Assembly (NCBI RefSeq): GCF_018350175.1
Contig: NC_058368.1
Coordinates: 90,584,001-90,648,000, forward strand
DNA length: 64,000 bases
Origin: Felis catus
Lineage: Eukaryota
Direction: 5' to 3'
A program made the position numbers and the translations under genes. Numbering within the stretch: position 1 is the stretch's first letter; each line of letters opens with the position of its first letter. Below are positions 38,826-52,460 of this stretch, one piece after another. The notes under the pieces were generated by a model that did not search any database, was not told the DNA's origin, and worked only from the letters and a program-made list of their open reading frames with translations.

Positions 38826-39280
38826 GGGCACCTGGGTGGCTCAGTCGGTTGGGCGTCCGACTTCGGCTCAGGTCATCATCTCGTGGTTCGTGAGTTCGAG
38901 CCCCGCATCGGGCTCCATGCTGACAGCTCGGAGCCTGGAGCCTGCTTTGGAAGCTGTGACTCCCCCTCTCTCTGTCCCCTCCCTTGCTCATGCTCATGCT
39001 CTGTCTCTCAAAAATAAATAAACGTTAGGGGCGCCTGGGTGGCGCAGTCGGTTAAGCGTCCGACTTCAGCCAGGTCACGATCTCGCGGTCCGGGAGTTCG
39101 AGCCCCGCGTCAGGCTCTGGGCTGATGGCTCAGAGCCTGGAGCCTGTTTCCGATTCTGTGTCTCCCTCTCTCTCTGCCCCTCTCCCGTTCATGCTCTGTC
39201 TCTCTCTGTCCCAAAAATAAATAAACGTTGAAAAAAAAAAATTAAAAAAAAAAAAAAACGTTAAAAAAAATTAAAAAAAA
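38826..39280 (+). mobile_element. Nested CanSINE dimer: a young copy (39028-~39255) inserted in the tail of an older copy
   Basis: Outer TSD AAAAGGYTTAGCGATCACAG (38806-38825/39281-39300), inner TSD AAACGTTA. Confidence 0.9.
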
Positions 39281-41240
39281 AAAAGGCTTAGCGATCACAG
39301 CAACAAGAAGGGCAGAATGCTTTTCAAGCGCAAAAAGCAGTTTTGTTGTATGAACCGCACTCCAGACGGAGTTACTTCGTGGGTTACTTCTCACCAGCCT
39401 GTTTCTCCAGAATGGGCAACTGCAAGGTGAATGCTACAGGGGTGGCCCTGCGGTGGGGACAGTGACATGGAGCAGGAAACAGCTCCATTCAAACAGTCCT
39501 CCTCCCAGGGCAAACAAGGCTCTGCCCATCTGAGTTGCTATTAAAGGACTGTTTAAACACAGAGAATTACCTCCAAAAATACACAGGTGAAACTTCTATA
39601 GAACTGTAGGTCACTTGCCCAGGGAAGGCTTGTCTGGATAGTGTTTTTTGGAAAGGGCTGGTCGTGAGTGAGTGAACAAGGCTGATGAAGGCCCAGATTG
39701 GGATCTCATTCTCGTGCATGTGGGGAGAGCAGCTCACACAGTGACAACCATCGTAACCTGAGAACAGGGCACCTTGACACAGGCTGGCGAGGGCCAGGAC
39801 AGAAGACCCAGGACAGTGCGGTTCAGGGCTTAGGCCTAAGTGGTGGGCACTTCCCTCCCAGCCACCCCAGAGCCTGCTGTCACAGGCACACGGCACAGGG
39901 CACCCTGCTGATGTCAGATACATTTTGTTTCTTGTGTGTGTATGTAAGTGCGGGTGGGAGGTGGGGAGGACAAGCGATTCAAATCTTACACCAAAGTAGT
40001 TGGGAGTGGAATAAAGGAGGCACGATGCAGAACTTTCTGGGAGTCCTCTTCTGCCCTCCATTTCTTCTCCTCCCTTTTCCAAGCCTGAGAGGCTCATGAG
40101 GAACTTCTCCCCTCCCCAGGGGTCCTCCCCACCCCTGGCCTAGTGGGCTCCCCAGCAAGGGGCTCTAGACACTTTTCAACAGAAACCAAAGTGCCTTTGT
40201 TGGCTCATTCAGATTGTGCAGCAGGACTCATTACCACGTTCAGCACAACGAGATCCGGGTCTGGGAGCTGCCCCAGCCTCAAGGACCCTCCGCCAGGGCA
40301 GGTATGGTGCGGAAGGCATGCCAGTCCCACCAGGAGAGGCTGCAGTAGCCAGGGACACCCCCTAGCAGGCTGCAGCTGCTCCCACCAGCATTGTGGGGAC
40401 CTCCAGCCTTTGCGGGAGATGCCTGGCGATTTTATCATCGGGGAAGACTTGTAGACTGTCTGGGTTCCCTGGGAGATCTAGTTCTGCAACCAGACAGAGA
40501 TGCCATTCTGGCACCCCAACATCTCTCTCCCTGAAGCTTTCCATAGGATCCAGGCCTCACCTTCACCAGAGGACCAAGGTACTCCAGGCAGAGACTGGTT
40601 CGGTTGGCTTCCCAGGGGTGGCCCAGGCCCAGAAAGTTCTGGGGAACCAGGATACCTGACCCTAGGCCGAGCCCCTCTGGGATGGAGGTGTGGCACTTGG
40701 TGGAAGATGTTCATGCTTACTGTTTCCTCTCTTGCAAGCCCGCACAGTAGCTGGTGACGGTCTTAAAATGAAGTGGGCCATGTACCTCCCCCACCTCCTC
40801 CATGCCCCCAACAGCTTCTTACCGTGCTCAAGATAAGATCCAAATCCCTTCGTGCAGCTCTGGGGGCCCGAGATCGGTCTGCCCACCTGAGGCCTCAGCT
40901 CCAGTGCTTCCTTCTTCCACTCGCCACACCTCAGCCTCATGGCCCTTCTTTCTGCTCCTTGACCACGACAGACCCTCACACTTCCTGCTATCTGCCTGAG
41001 AGGTTCTTAGCTTGGACCTGTGCATAGCCGTCCCTTGCTGTCATTCAGATCTGCCCGTCACTCTTCCCAGACCACCCCTGCCCACAGCAGGGAATGTTCT
41101 GTTCACAGCACTCATCCCTGAGTGTCTGGTGTGTGCACTGGCCGCCCAGAGCAGCAGCTCCATGGGCACAGCTCTGGCTCTGTGGTTGCAGTTTCCAGAG
41201 ACACTGGTAGCTCTTTTTCTCCCAAGGATGGCTGCCTTAC

Positions 41241-41455
41241 TTTTCTTTTTTTTTAGTTAGTTTGTTTGTTTATTTATTTATTTAGAGAGTGAGTGAGTGA
41301 GCAGGGGAGGGGCAGAGAAAGGGAAAGAGAGAATCCCAAGCAGGCTCCATGCTCTCACCACACAGCATGATGTGGGGCTCCAACTCATGAACTGCGAGAT
41401 CGTGACCTGAGTTGAGATCAAGAGTCCAACACTCAACCGAGCCACCCAGGCACCC
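41241..41455 (-). mobile_element. CanSINE inserted at a RUFY1 splice donor
   Basis: SINE body flanked by CTGCCTTAC at 41232-41240 and 41456-41464. Confidence 0.85.
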
Positions 41456-41464
41456 CTGCCTTAC

Positions 41465-41594
41465 CTTTTTTAATCCTTCCACTTGCTGTAGCTCTGCTCG
41501 GAGCAGAGAGGAAGTGTCTCTCTCCTGCTGTAATTCTCGTTGAAGAGCCTGTCTTTGCTCTTTTTCTGATTTCAGCTCTTTCTCTAGACTTGAA
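41465..41594 (-). CDS. RUFY1: RUFY1 exon ([44 protein letters not shown])
   Basis: AAACAG acceptor, GTAAGG donor, 130 nt. Confidence 0.95.
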
Positions 41595-42197
41595 CTGTTT
41601 TCCCAAAATGAACTGGAGTTAGTCTCAGTGGGAGATTTGCACGGAAACTGCACAATCGCCAACCCAATTCACCACACAGGGAACGGGGAATTGGAATTGG
41701 CATTGTCACATGCGTATCTAAACCCGTCACTGGAGCAGGGCTGCCTGCCCCTCCACAGGGGACACCGGGACCCCTCAAGGGGAAGAAGGGCAGGTGCACA
41801 CTTGACTGCATGTGAGCCGAAAGAAAGCAAAAGGGCCTGGGGACACTTAGGGCTGCACCTGTGGGATCCCCTACTGAGGCAAGACCTGGGGCGTGGGGGG
41901 TTGCAACACGAGTTCTGCTTTTTCCAACCCAGAGCCAGCTCCCACTGGAGGACACTGGGGGTGGGGGCAGGAGAAAGCTACTGGATCCCCCCACCCCCCG
42001 CTGCTCACCAGCCAAGTGGCCCTGGGACGTTCCTGAACCCCCGAACCAGCTCTCTCATTTGTGAAACACAGACATCTGTCACTCATCACTGGGCTTTACA
42101 CGCATGCTCAAACCCTCATTCCAGCCTCGCAGATGAGGGTTAAACTTCGAAGAGGCCATGGCCCGCCCCCCCGCCCCCCACCGGGCCGCCCGCCTAC

Positions 42198-42317
42198 CAC
42201 TGCTCATGCAACTGTGAGAGCTGCTGCTGCAAAGCACACGTCCGGCCGCCCAGCTCCTGCTGCAGCCGGTGGCTCCGCTCCTCGGCCCCCTGCCTGGCCC
42301 TTTCAGACTGCCGTAAC
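42198..42317 (-). CDS. RUFY1: RUFY1 exon ([40 protein letters not shown])
   Basis: TGCAG acceptor, GTAGGC donor, 120 nt. Confidence 0.95.
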
Positions 42318-42399
42318 CTGCACCGAAGCAAGCACATCTGCATAAGGAAAGGAGCCACCCTCGCCACCGAAGGTATCGTGTTTTCCTGTTCTCGTGGCT

Positions 42400-44120
42400 T
42401 TCGTTGTAAATATGCACACAGTAAGATTGACTCATGCGTGTGCCCCATTCCCAGAGTTTTTAGCACACAGATAGACCCATGGAACCACCATGGTGATCAA
42501 GAGACAGAGCAGTTCTGTCACCCCTGAAGGCTCCCTTCCCACCCCTGACCCCTGATCGGCTCTGATACCATGATTTTTTCTTTTCCAGAGTGTCCTATAA
42601 GTGGAATCATACTTTATATAAATAACGTTTTAAGCCTGGCTTCTTTCTCTCAGCTTAGTATCGCTGAAATCAAGTTTGTGGATCAATGGCTCATTCCTTC
42701 CTCTGCCTGAGTACTATTTCACTGTACAGGGTACCAGTTTGTTCTTACTTCACTCGATGAAACACCTCTAACTCGCTTCTAGTTTTGACAATAATGAATA
42801 GACCTGCTACAAACATTTGTGTATGGGCTTTTGTGAGGACATTCGTTTCCATTTCTCTTGGGCTGATACCCAGGAGTGGGATTGTTGGGTCAGATGGAAG
42901 AGTAAGGTTAGCTTTATTTTAAGACACTGTTTTCCAATGTGGCTGTACCATTTGGCATCCCCACCGGTCATGTAGGAGAGTTCTAGTTGCTCTGTAGCCC
43001 CGTCAGCACTCGGTATTGTCATTAAAAAGATATTTAGCTGTTCTAACAGGTGTGTAGTAGCATCTCACTGTGATTTTAACATGTACTTCCCTGGGGGTGC
43101 CTGGGTGGCTCAGCTGGTTGAGTGTCTGCCTTGGCTCAGGTCCTCATCTTGTAGTTTGTGAGTTCGAACCCACAGAGGGCTCACTGCTGTTAGCACAAAA
43201 GCCCACCTCTGTGCCCCTCTCTCTGCCCCTCCCCTGCTTGCACTCTTTCAAAAATGAATATTTAAAACAAAACATAACAAAACATGTACCTCCTTGATGG
43301 CTACTGACACTGAACATCTTTTTGTGTGCTTATTTGCCATCCCTACGTCCTCTTTGGCGAAGTGTCCGTTCAAGTCTTTTGTCCATTTTTCAACTGGGGT
43401 GTCTGTTGAGTTTTGAGAGTTCTTTATATATTCTGGAGACAGAATATATAACTTTGTCAGTTAAGTGATTTGCAAGTTTTCTGTCAATCTCTAGCTGGTC
43501 TTTTTATTCTCTTAACCATGTCTTTCATAGCACAAAGGTTTTACCTTTTGATAAAGTCCAACTTATCAAGTTTTTCCTCCCATGGACACCATGCTTTTCA
43601 AAAGTATTATTTTTTTTAAGTTTTTACTTATTTATTTTGACAGAGAGAGAGAGCAAGAGAGAGCAGGCTGAGAGAGAGAATCCCAAGCAGGCTCTGCAGT
43701 GCCAGCGCAGGGCCTGGCATGGGACTCGAACTCATGAACCGTGAAATTATGACCTGAGCCGAAATCAAGAGTTGGACACTCAACTGACTGAGCCACCCAG
43801 GGGCCCTGGATCCCATGCTTTTATGTCATGTCTAAGATCTCTTTGCCTAATCCAAGATCACAAAGATTTTCTCCTAGGTTTTCTTCCAGAGGTTGTAAGT
43901 TTTAAGTTTTCCATTTAGACTTATGATCCATTTCCAGCTAATTTTTGTAGAAGATAGGAAGTATACAACCAAGGTCCATTTTTTTTGCTTATGCATGTCC
44001 GATTGTCCCAGTATCATTTATTGAAAAGATTTTCCTTTCTCCCTTGAACTGCCTTTGCACCTCTGTAAGAAAATCAGTTGCCATATTCGTTGGGGTCTGC
44101 TTTCAGGCTCTATTCTGACC
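42400..44120 (-). mobile_element. Old L1 fragment (ORF2 3' part and 3'UTR) with SINE insertions
   Basis: Degenerate L1-like peptides in ORFs 42807-43022 and 44018-44230. Confidence 0.7.
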
Positions 44121-44395
44121 ATTACAGACTGATGTTTAAGTGTGTCGGTGACAAGGAGCTCACTGTATGGGTCTGACTCCTGAGAAGACAATGTGATACA
44201 GTCACCCAGAGATTGATTAAAGGAATACACACTTAGGCAAGGATGGGAATCCAGCCCCCTTGCTCAGCAAGACTACAATCCCAAAGGACTTTCATCCCAA
44301 GTTATCTGACCTTTTGAGAGAGACTCTGAGTAAGTTCCCGGGCCTGGGGAATGTCCAGCACCTTCTAGGGAGTATCTGCCACAGGGAGTGATTAC

Positions 44396-44493
44396 CTTTC
44401 TTCCATCTGTTTCATGCTGGACATAACCTGGTTGGTTTTTTCTTCAAAAGATGTGATGGCTTCATTCTTCTGCTGTAAACAGCTCTCTGCATT
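44396..44493 (-). CDS. RUFY1: RUFY1 exon ([32 protein letters not shown])
   Basis: TTTGCAG acceptor, GTAATC donor, 98 nt. Confidence 0.95.
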
Positions 44494-45648
44494 CTGCAAA
44501 GGCAAGGAAGAGGGGTCACACTCTGCCTCTCTCTCACTGCTGTGCCCGCTCTGGGTTAAGAGAGGGTTTGATGATTCAATCTGTACTTTCACAACATTTG
44601 TAGGAACATTTCACTAATTGCTGGTCTTTCCCATAGCACTGGAAGACAAACTGTACTGAGGCTCCCAGCTTTATCCACACAAAGAAAGGCCAAAAAGGAA
44701 GTAATAAGCTTTTTGTTTCCCTCTATGAAAGGTCCATGCTCCTTTTTAAAAAAAGAACTTCAGAGTGAGATCTGACAGTGTTGCAGAGCTGTTCCTACAT
44801 GCCAAGCACACCTACGAGTTCATCGGGCCCTTGCAGGTTCTTGTGGCCGGCTGGTCAGCCCCAGTTCCCTAAGCACAGAGGGAGGCTGGCACAGATGTGC
44901 GATACAGCAGATTTACACCCACAACTGTGTGACTTCTGAATCCAGGCATGTACCGGGGGGCCCAGGCGGGGGAGGGGGGGGGGCAGGCAAAAAGCACTGT
45001 GTCCCTGTGTGTCTATAACAGACACTTTTAAAATAAAAGGATACGGAAAGGCTGATGACAGAAGGAAGTACTAATAAGTTCCTAATATAATATAGACTGT
45101 ATTCTTGGACCTTAATATAATACAGTTAGACATTAACAACAAAAGAATGGCTAAAAATGCCTCATATCTTAGACTAAACTACATAGCATATCACTAAAAA
45201 GCTGTTGAGCTAAAAATGTAAACCAGAGGACTAATTAAGAAATACTGAGAGGTAGGGGCGCCTGGGTGGCTCAGTTGGTTAATTGTCCGACTCTTGATTT
45301 TGGCCCAGGTCATTATCTCATAGTTCGTAAGTTTGAGCCCTGCATCAGGCTCTGGGTTGACAGCCTGGAGCCTGCTGGGGATTCTCTCTCTCCTTCTCTC
45401 TCTGCCCCTCCCCTACTTGTGCTTTCTCTTTCAAAAATAAATAAACTTAAAAAAAAAAAAAAGAAATATTTAGAGGTAAAAGCCAGTGAAAACACTATGC
45501 AATATTGTATGGTATTGAAGATGCACTGAGTGGAAGACGTATCCTAATTTTACACACCACTAAGCAAGAAAAAACAGCTACTTAGAACATGTGCCATTGA
45601 CTGTAAGATGCATGTAGGTTTCAGAGAGGCTGAGCTGTGAATAAATGT

Positions 45649-45869
45649 TTTTTTTTTTTTTTTTTCCAACGTTTATTTATTTTTGGGACAGAGAGAGACA
45701 GAGCATGAACGGGGGAGGGGCAGAGAGAGAGGGAGACACAGAATCGGAAACAGGCTCCAGGCTCTGAGCCATCAGCCCAGAGCCTGACGCGGGGCTCGAA
45801 CTCACGGACCGTGAGATCGTGACCTGGCTGAAGTCGGACGCTTAACCGACTGCGCCACCCAGGCGCCCC
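45649..45869 (-). mobile_element. Young CanSINE (SINEC_Fc-type)
   Basis: About 3 mismatches to the 39028 copy over ~200 nt, TSD AATAAATGT. Confidence 0.9.
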
Positions 45870-46959
45870 AATAAATGTGCTTCTTAGGTGATATACTTTT
45901 GTCAAAATTTGAGGGCCACAGCTAAAGCAGTAGTCGTGTGGGTCATTTTTAACTTCAAATAACATCTTTTTTATTTATTTTTATTTTTTAAAGCAAACTA
46001 CCCCCAGCATGGGGCTTGAACTCACAACCTTGAGATCAAAAGTCACATGCTCTACTGACTGAGCCAGCCAGCTGCCCCCAAATAAATTTTTTTATGAAAT
46101 AAAAAAAAAGATAAAACAGATGAGCTAAGCATACATTTCAGAAGATGAAAATAAATTACAGAGCAAACGCAAAGAAATCAGAAAGAATATAATAAAGGGG
46201 TACCTGGGTGACTCAGTCAGTTAAGCATCTGACTCTTGATTTTGGCTCAGGGCATGATCTCATGGTTGTGAGATTGAGCCCCCCTCCAGCGCAGAGCCTG
46301 CTTGGGATTCTGTGTCTCTCTGCCCCCTCCCCTGCTCAGGCCCGTTCTTTCTTTCGTTCTTCTTTTTTTAATGTTTATGTTTGAGAGAGACAGAGCATGA
46401 GTGGGGGAGGAGCAGAGAAAGAGAGAGACACAGAATCTGAAGCAGGCTTCAGGCTCTGAGCTGTTAGTACAGAGCCCGATGTGGGGCTCGAACTCACAGA
46501 TCATGATGTGGGCCAAAGTTGTACACTTAACCGACTGAGCCACCCAGGTGCCCCTGTTTCAAAATAAACTTATAATAAACTTATAATAATGTATAATAAG
46601 CTTAACAAACTTATATAAAAAAAGAAAACCTTAAAAAAAGAATATAATAAAAGGAAGGGTGGAAATCAATGAAACATGGAACAACAGACAATAAAGAATA
46701 TTAGAAAAAAAGGTGGTTCTTTGAAAAGATTATTGCCAATGATCACCAGCAACCACCAGCAGCTAGGGGACAGGGATGCTTACAGTCCTTCTCACAGCCC
46801 TTAGAAGAAAGCAACTGTGCTAATACCCAGCCTCAGGCTTCTGGCTTCCTGACAGTGTGGAGTCTGGTTGGGATTCTCTCTCTCCCTCTCTCTGCCCCTC
46901 TCCCGCTCCCACTCACTTGCGCACACTTCTCTCTCTCTCAAAATGAATAAATAAACTTT

Positions 46960-47544
46960 AAAAAAAATGTTATATATGAACCTTATGGTAACCACCAATC
47001 AAAAACCTATAATAGACACACAAAAAACAAAGAGAAAGGAATATAAGCACAACACTATAGGAAGCCATCAACTGCAAGTGAAGAGAGCAAGAGAAGGAAT
47101 AGAGAATAACTACAGAAACAACCAAAAAACAACAAAATGGCAATAAGTACACACCTGTCAGTGATTATTTATGAGAGAACATATGCATATTTACTTATTT
47201 ATTTTTGAGGAGAGAGCGAGCCCAAGAAAGGGGCAGAAGTGGGGAGAGAAAGACTCTTAAGCAGGCTCCACTGTGAGCCTTGATCCCATGACCCTAAGAT
47301 CATGACGTGAGCTGAAATCAAGAGTCGGACGCTCAATGGACAGAACCATCCAGGTGCCCCAAGTAATGACTTTAAATTTAAATGGTCTATCTGCTCCAGT
47401 CAGAAGACATAGGTAGGGTGAGATGAATGGATAAAAAACCAAGACCTGTCTATATGCTGCCTACAAGAGACTCACTTCAGATCTAAAAACATATACAGAC
47501 CGAAAGTGAAGTGATAGAAAAACATATCGCACACAAATGGAAGC

Positions 47545-47575
<31 letters not shown>

Positions 47576-50500
47576 CTGGGGTAGCAGTACCCATGTGAGA
47601 CTAAAATAGAATTACATAATGATAAAGAGATCTAACAAGCTGAATCCAGCTTGAGGATATATGTCCAGCAAAAGAATATAAAAATCATAAATATCTATGC
47701 ACTCAACATGGAAGCACCTAAATACATAAAGCAGCTAACAACAAACATTAAAAAAGAAACTGACAATAATACAATAGTAGGGGACTACTTACATCAATGG
47801 ATAGATCATCCAGGCAGAAAATCAGTAAGGAAACAGTGGTTTTGAATGACACATTAGAGCTGATGGACTTAACAGATATATACAGAACATTCTATTCCAA
47901 GATAGCAAAATACACATTCTTTTCAAGTGCACATGGGACATTCTCCAGGATTGATCATGTTAGGCCACACAAGGAGTCTCAATAAATTTAAGAAGACTGA
48001 AATCATATTAAGCTGCTTTTCTGACCACAATAGTATGAAACTTAAAATCAATTATAGAAGAAAAACTGGAAAAAGCACAAACATACAAAAAATACACCAA
48101 AAAAACCTGGGGAGGCTAAACAACATGCTACCAAACAACAAATTGGTCAACAAAGAAATCAAAGGAGACATTAAAAAAAAAAAAGCACCTGGAGACAAAT
48201 GAAAATGGAAACACAGTGGTCCAAAATCTTTGGGAGGCAATAGAAGCAGTCCTAAGAAGGAAATTTATAGGGATACAGGCCTACCTCAAGAAACAAGAAA
48301 AATCTCAAAGAAACAATCTAACCTCACATATAAAGCCACTAAAAAAAGAAGAGCAAAACCCAAAGTTAGTACAAGGAAGGAAATCATAAAAATAAGAATG
48401 GCTATAAGTGAAATAGAGACAAAAAAAAAACAATAGCAAAGACCAGATGAAACCAAGAGCTGGTTCTTTGAAAAGATAAAATTGATAAACTTTCAGCCAG
48501 ACTCATCAAGAAAAAGAGGGCTCAAATAAATAAATTCAGGGGCATCTGGGTGGCTCAGTCAGTTAAGCGTCCGACTTCGGCTCAGGTCATGATCTTGCGG
48601 TTCATGAGTTTGAGCCCACATGGGACTCTGCATTGACAGAAAGACCCCAGTTGGAATTCTCTCCTTTTCTCTCTCTGCCCTTTCCCTGCTTGCGCTCTCT
48701 CTCTCAAAATAAATAAACTTTATAAATACATACATACATATATACCTACATACAGAAATGAAAGAGAAAAAGTAACAGCTGACACCACAGGACTGTAAGA
48801 TACAACTATGAAAAATTATATGCCAACACATTGGACAACCTAAAATAAATGGATAAATTCCTAGAAACTTAACGATCTTCCAAGACTGAATTAGGAAGAA
48901 ATAAAAATCTGAACAGACCAGGGCACCTGGGTGTCTCAGTTAATTAAGTATCTGACTTTAAAAAAAAATTTTTTTTTTAATTAACATTTATTTATTTTTT
49001 GAGAGTCAGAGAGAGACAGAGCATGAGCAGGGGAGGTACAGAGAGAGGGAGACACAGAATCGGAAGCAGGCTCCAGGCTCTGAACTGTCAGCACACAGCC
49101 CGATGCAGGGCTCAAACCCATGAATTGTGAGATCATGACCTGAGCTGAAGTCGGTTGCTTAACTGACTGAGCCACCCAGGCGCCCCCTGACTTTTTTTTT
49201 TTTTAATTTATTTTTGAGAGAGAGAGAGAGAGAAAGAGGGAGAGAGACAGAGTGTGAGCTGGGGAGAGGCAGAGACAGAGAGGGAGACACAGAATCTGAA
49301 GCAGGCTCCAGGCTGAGCTGTCAGCACAGAGCCCGATGTGGGGCTTGAACTCATGAACTGTGATTTCATGACCTGAGCCAAAGTCAGATGCTCAACGATT
49401 GAGTCACCCAGGCACCCCAGGCGCCCCTCAAGTATCTGACTCTTGATTTCAGCTCATGTTCTCATGGTTTGTGAGTTTGAGTCCCACGTTAGGCTCTGAG
49501 CTGACAGTGCAGAACCTGCTAGGAATTCTCTCTTTCCGTTTCTCTGCCCCACCCCACCTCTCAAAATAAATAAACTTAAAAAAAAAAACTAGGGGTGCCT
49601 GGATGGCCCAACTGGTTGAGTGTCTGACTTCGACTCAGGTCATGATCTCACACTCATGGGTTTGAGCCCCGCGATGGGCTCTGTGCTGACAGCTCAGAGC
49701 CTGGAGTCTGCTTCGGATTCTGTGTCTCCCTCTCACTCTGCCCCTGCCCCACTCGCACTCTTTTTCTCTCAAAATAAATAAACATAATAATAAAAAAAAA
49801 TCTGAACAGACCAAGTTCTAGTAATGAAATTGAATTTGTAATAAAAAGAACTCCCAACAAACACAAGTCTAGGACTGGATGGCTTCACAGGTGAATTCTA
49901 CCAAACATTTACTTAAAAAAGAATTAAAGGGCACCTGGGTGGCTCAGTAGGTTAAGCATTTGACTTCAGCTCAGGTCATGATCTCACAGTTTGTGAATTC
50001 GAGCCCCACACAGAACTCTCTGCTGTTGGCATGGAGCCCACTTGGGATCCTCTGTCCCTGTCTCTTTATGCCCCTCCCCCTTTCATTCTTACTGTCTCTC
50101 TCTCAAAATAAATAAACTTTAAAAAACATTTAAAGAGGGGCGCCTGGGTAGCTCAGTCGGTTAAGCGTCTGACTTCGGCTCAGGTCATGATCTTGTGGTC
50201 CGTGAGTTTGAGCCCCGCATTGGGCTCTGTGCTGACAGCTCAGAGCCTGGAGCCTGTTTTGGATTCTGTGTCTCCCTCTCTCTCTGACCCTCCCCTGTTC
50301 ACGCTCTGTCTCTCCCTGTCTCAAAAATAAATAAACGTTAAAATAAAATAAAATAAAATAAAATAAAAAATAAAAACATTTAAAGAAGAGTTAATACTCC
50401 ATCTTCTCAAACTATTCCAAAAAACAGAAGAGCAAAGAAAACTTCCAAATTCATTCTGTGAGGTCAGCAGTACTTTGATATCAAAACCAGAACACAGGTC

Positions 50501-52460
50501 CTACCAAGAAAGAAAACTACAGGCTAACATCCCTGATAAACACAGATGCAAAAATTCTCAGCAAAATACTGGCAAACTGAATCCAACAATATGTTAAAAG
50601 GATCATTCACACGATCAAGTAGGATTTATTCTAGGATACATAGCTGGTTCAGTATCTGTAGATCAATCAACATGATACATCACAACAAAATGAAGGATAA
50701 AAACCATATGGTCATCTTAATAGATGCAGAAAAAGCATCTGATAAAATACAACATCCGTTCAACAAAGTACGTTTAGAGGGAACACACTTCAACATAATA
50801 AAGGCCATATAATGAGAAACCCACAGCTAACATCAGATGCAATGATGAAACACTGAAAGCTTTCCCCCTAAGGTCAGGAACAAGACAGGATGTCCACTCT
50901 CACCACTTTTACTTAACATAGTACTCCAAGTCCTAGCCAAGGCAATCAGACAACTGAAAGAAATAAAAGGCAACCAAGTTGGGAGGGCGCCTGGGTGGCT
51001 CAGTCGGTTGAGTGTCTGACTTCGGTTCAGGTTATGATCTTGCAAATTGTGAGTTTGAGCCCCTTGTCAGGCTCTGTGCTAACAGCTTGGAGCCTGGAGC
51101 CTGCTAGGGATTCTGTCTCCCTCTCTCTCTGCCCTTCCCCACTCATGCCCTGTCTCTCTCTCTCAAAAATAAATAAACATTAAAAAAAAAAAAGGCGGGG
51201 CACCTGGGTGGCTCAGTCAGTTAAGTGGCCCACTTTGGCTCAAGTCATGATCTCAAGGTCCATGAGTTCGAGCCCCGCAATGGGCTCTGTGCTGATAGCT
51301 CAGAGCCTGGAGCCTGCTTCAGATTCTGTGTCTCCCTTTCTCTTTGCCCCTCCCCTGCTTGTGCGCTCTCAAAACTGAATAAACATTAAAAAAAAAAAAA
51401 AAAAAAAGGCATCCAAGTTGGTAAGAAAGAAGTAAATCTGTCACTATATGCAACTACATGATACTACATAAAGAAAACCCCAAAGACTAAAAACTTAGAA
51501 CAGATAAATGAATTCAGTAAAGTTACAGATACAAAGTTAATATACATTTCTGTTCCATTTCTATATACTAATAAAGTAGCCGAAAGAAAAATTAAGAAAA
51601 CAATCCCATTTATGGGGCAACTGGGTGCCTCAGTTGGTTAAGCATCCGACTTCGACTCAGGTCACAATCTCCCAGCTCGTGGGTTCAAGCCCCGCATCGG
51701 GCTCTGCGCTGACAGCTTAGAGCCTGGAGCCTACTTCGAATTCTGTGTCTCCCTCTCTCTGCCCCTCCCCTGCTCGCTCTCTGCCTCTCAAAAAAAAAAA
51801 AAAAAAAAAGAAAAAAACATTAAAAAAAAATCCCATTTATAATTACAGAAAAAATAACAAAATACCTAGGAATAAACTTCACCAAGGAGGTGAAAAGCCG
51901 ATACTCTGAAGACTGTAAAACATGGATGAAAGAAACTGAAGATGGCACAAATAGACCATGCTCACAGATTGGAAGAATTAATGTTGTTAAAATATCCATA
52001 CTACCCAAAGCAATCCATTGATTCAATGCAGTTCCTATCAATATACCAACAGTATTTTTTTCCTTTACTTCTCTTTTTTTTAAATTTTTAAATTTTTTAA
52101 AATTTACATCCAAATTAGCATATAGTGCAACAATGATTTCAGGAGTAGATTTCTTAGTGCCCCTTACCCATTTAGCCCATTCCAATCCCCGCCCCTGCCA
52201 ACCCTTTCAGTAACCCTGTTTGTTCTCCATATTTATGAGTCTCTATGTTTTGTCCCCCTCCCTGTTTTTATATTATTTTTGTTTCCCTTCCCACCAACAG
52301 TATTTTTCATAGAACTAGAACAAACAATCCTAAAATTTGTATGGAACCACAAAGGACCCCAAATAACCGAAGTGATCTTGACAAAGAACAAAACTGGAGG
52401 TACAGAATCCTAGATTTTAAGCTATACTACAAAGCTGTAGTAATCAAAACAACAGTATGG
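46960..52460 (+). mobile_element. Disrupted L1 ORF2 region (endonuclease and reverse transcriptase), antisense in a RUFY1 intron, split by more than 10 SINEs
   Basis: Peptides DRSSRQKISKET...DIYRTF...YTFFSSAHGTFSRIDH (EN) and [14 protein letters not shown] (RT), with frameshifts and stops. Confidence 0.92.
52060..52292 (-). mobile_element. Short 5'-truncated young L1 3' end nested in the older L1
   Basis: Perfect 15-bp TSD ACCAACAGTATTTTT (52045-52059/52293-52307), with a T-rich tail at the left end. Confidence 0.8.

Noticed and set aside
39567..41030. ORFs of up to 176 aa within a RUFY1 intron
   Set aside because: No homology recognised, and the RUFY1 reading frame is continuous without them.
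46960..52460. Endonuclease and reverse-transcriptase-like peptides as a possible active or novel retroelement system
   Set aside because: An ordinary dead L1, with frameshifts, stops, a corrupted RT catalytic motif near 51450 and many SINE interruptions.
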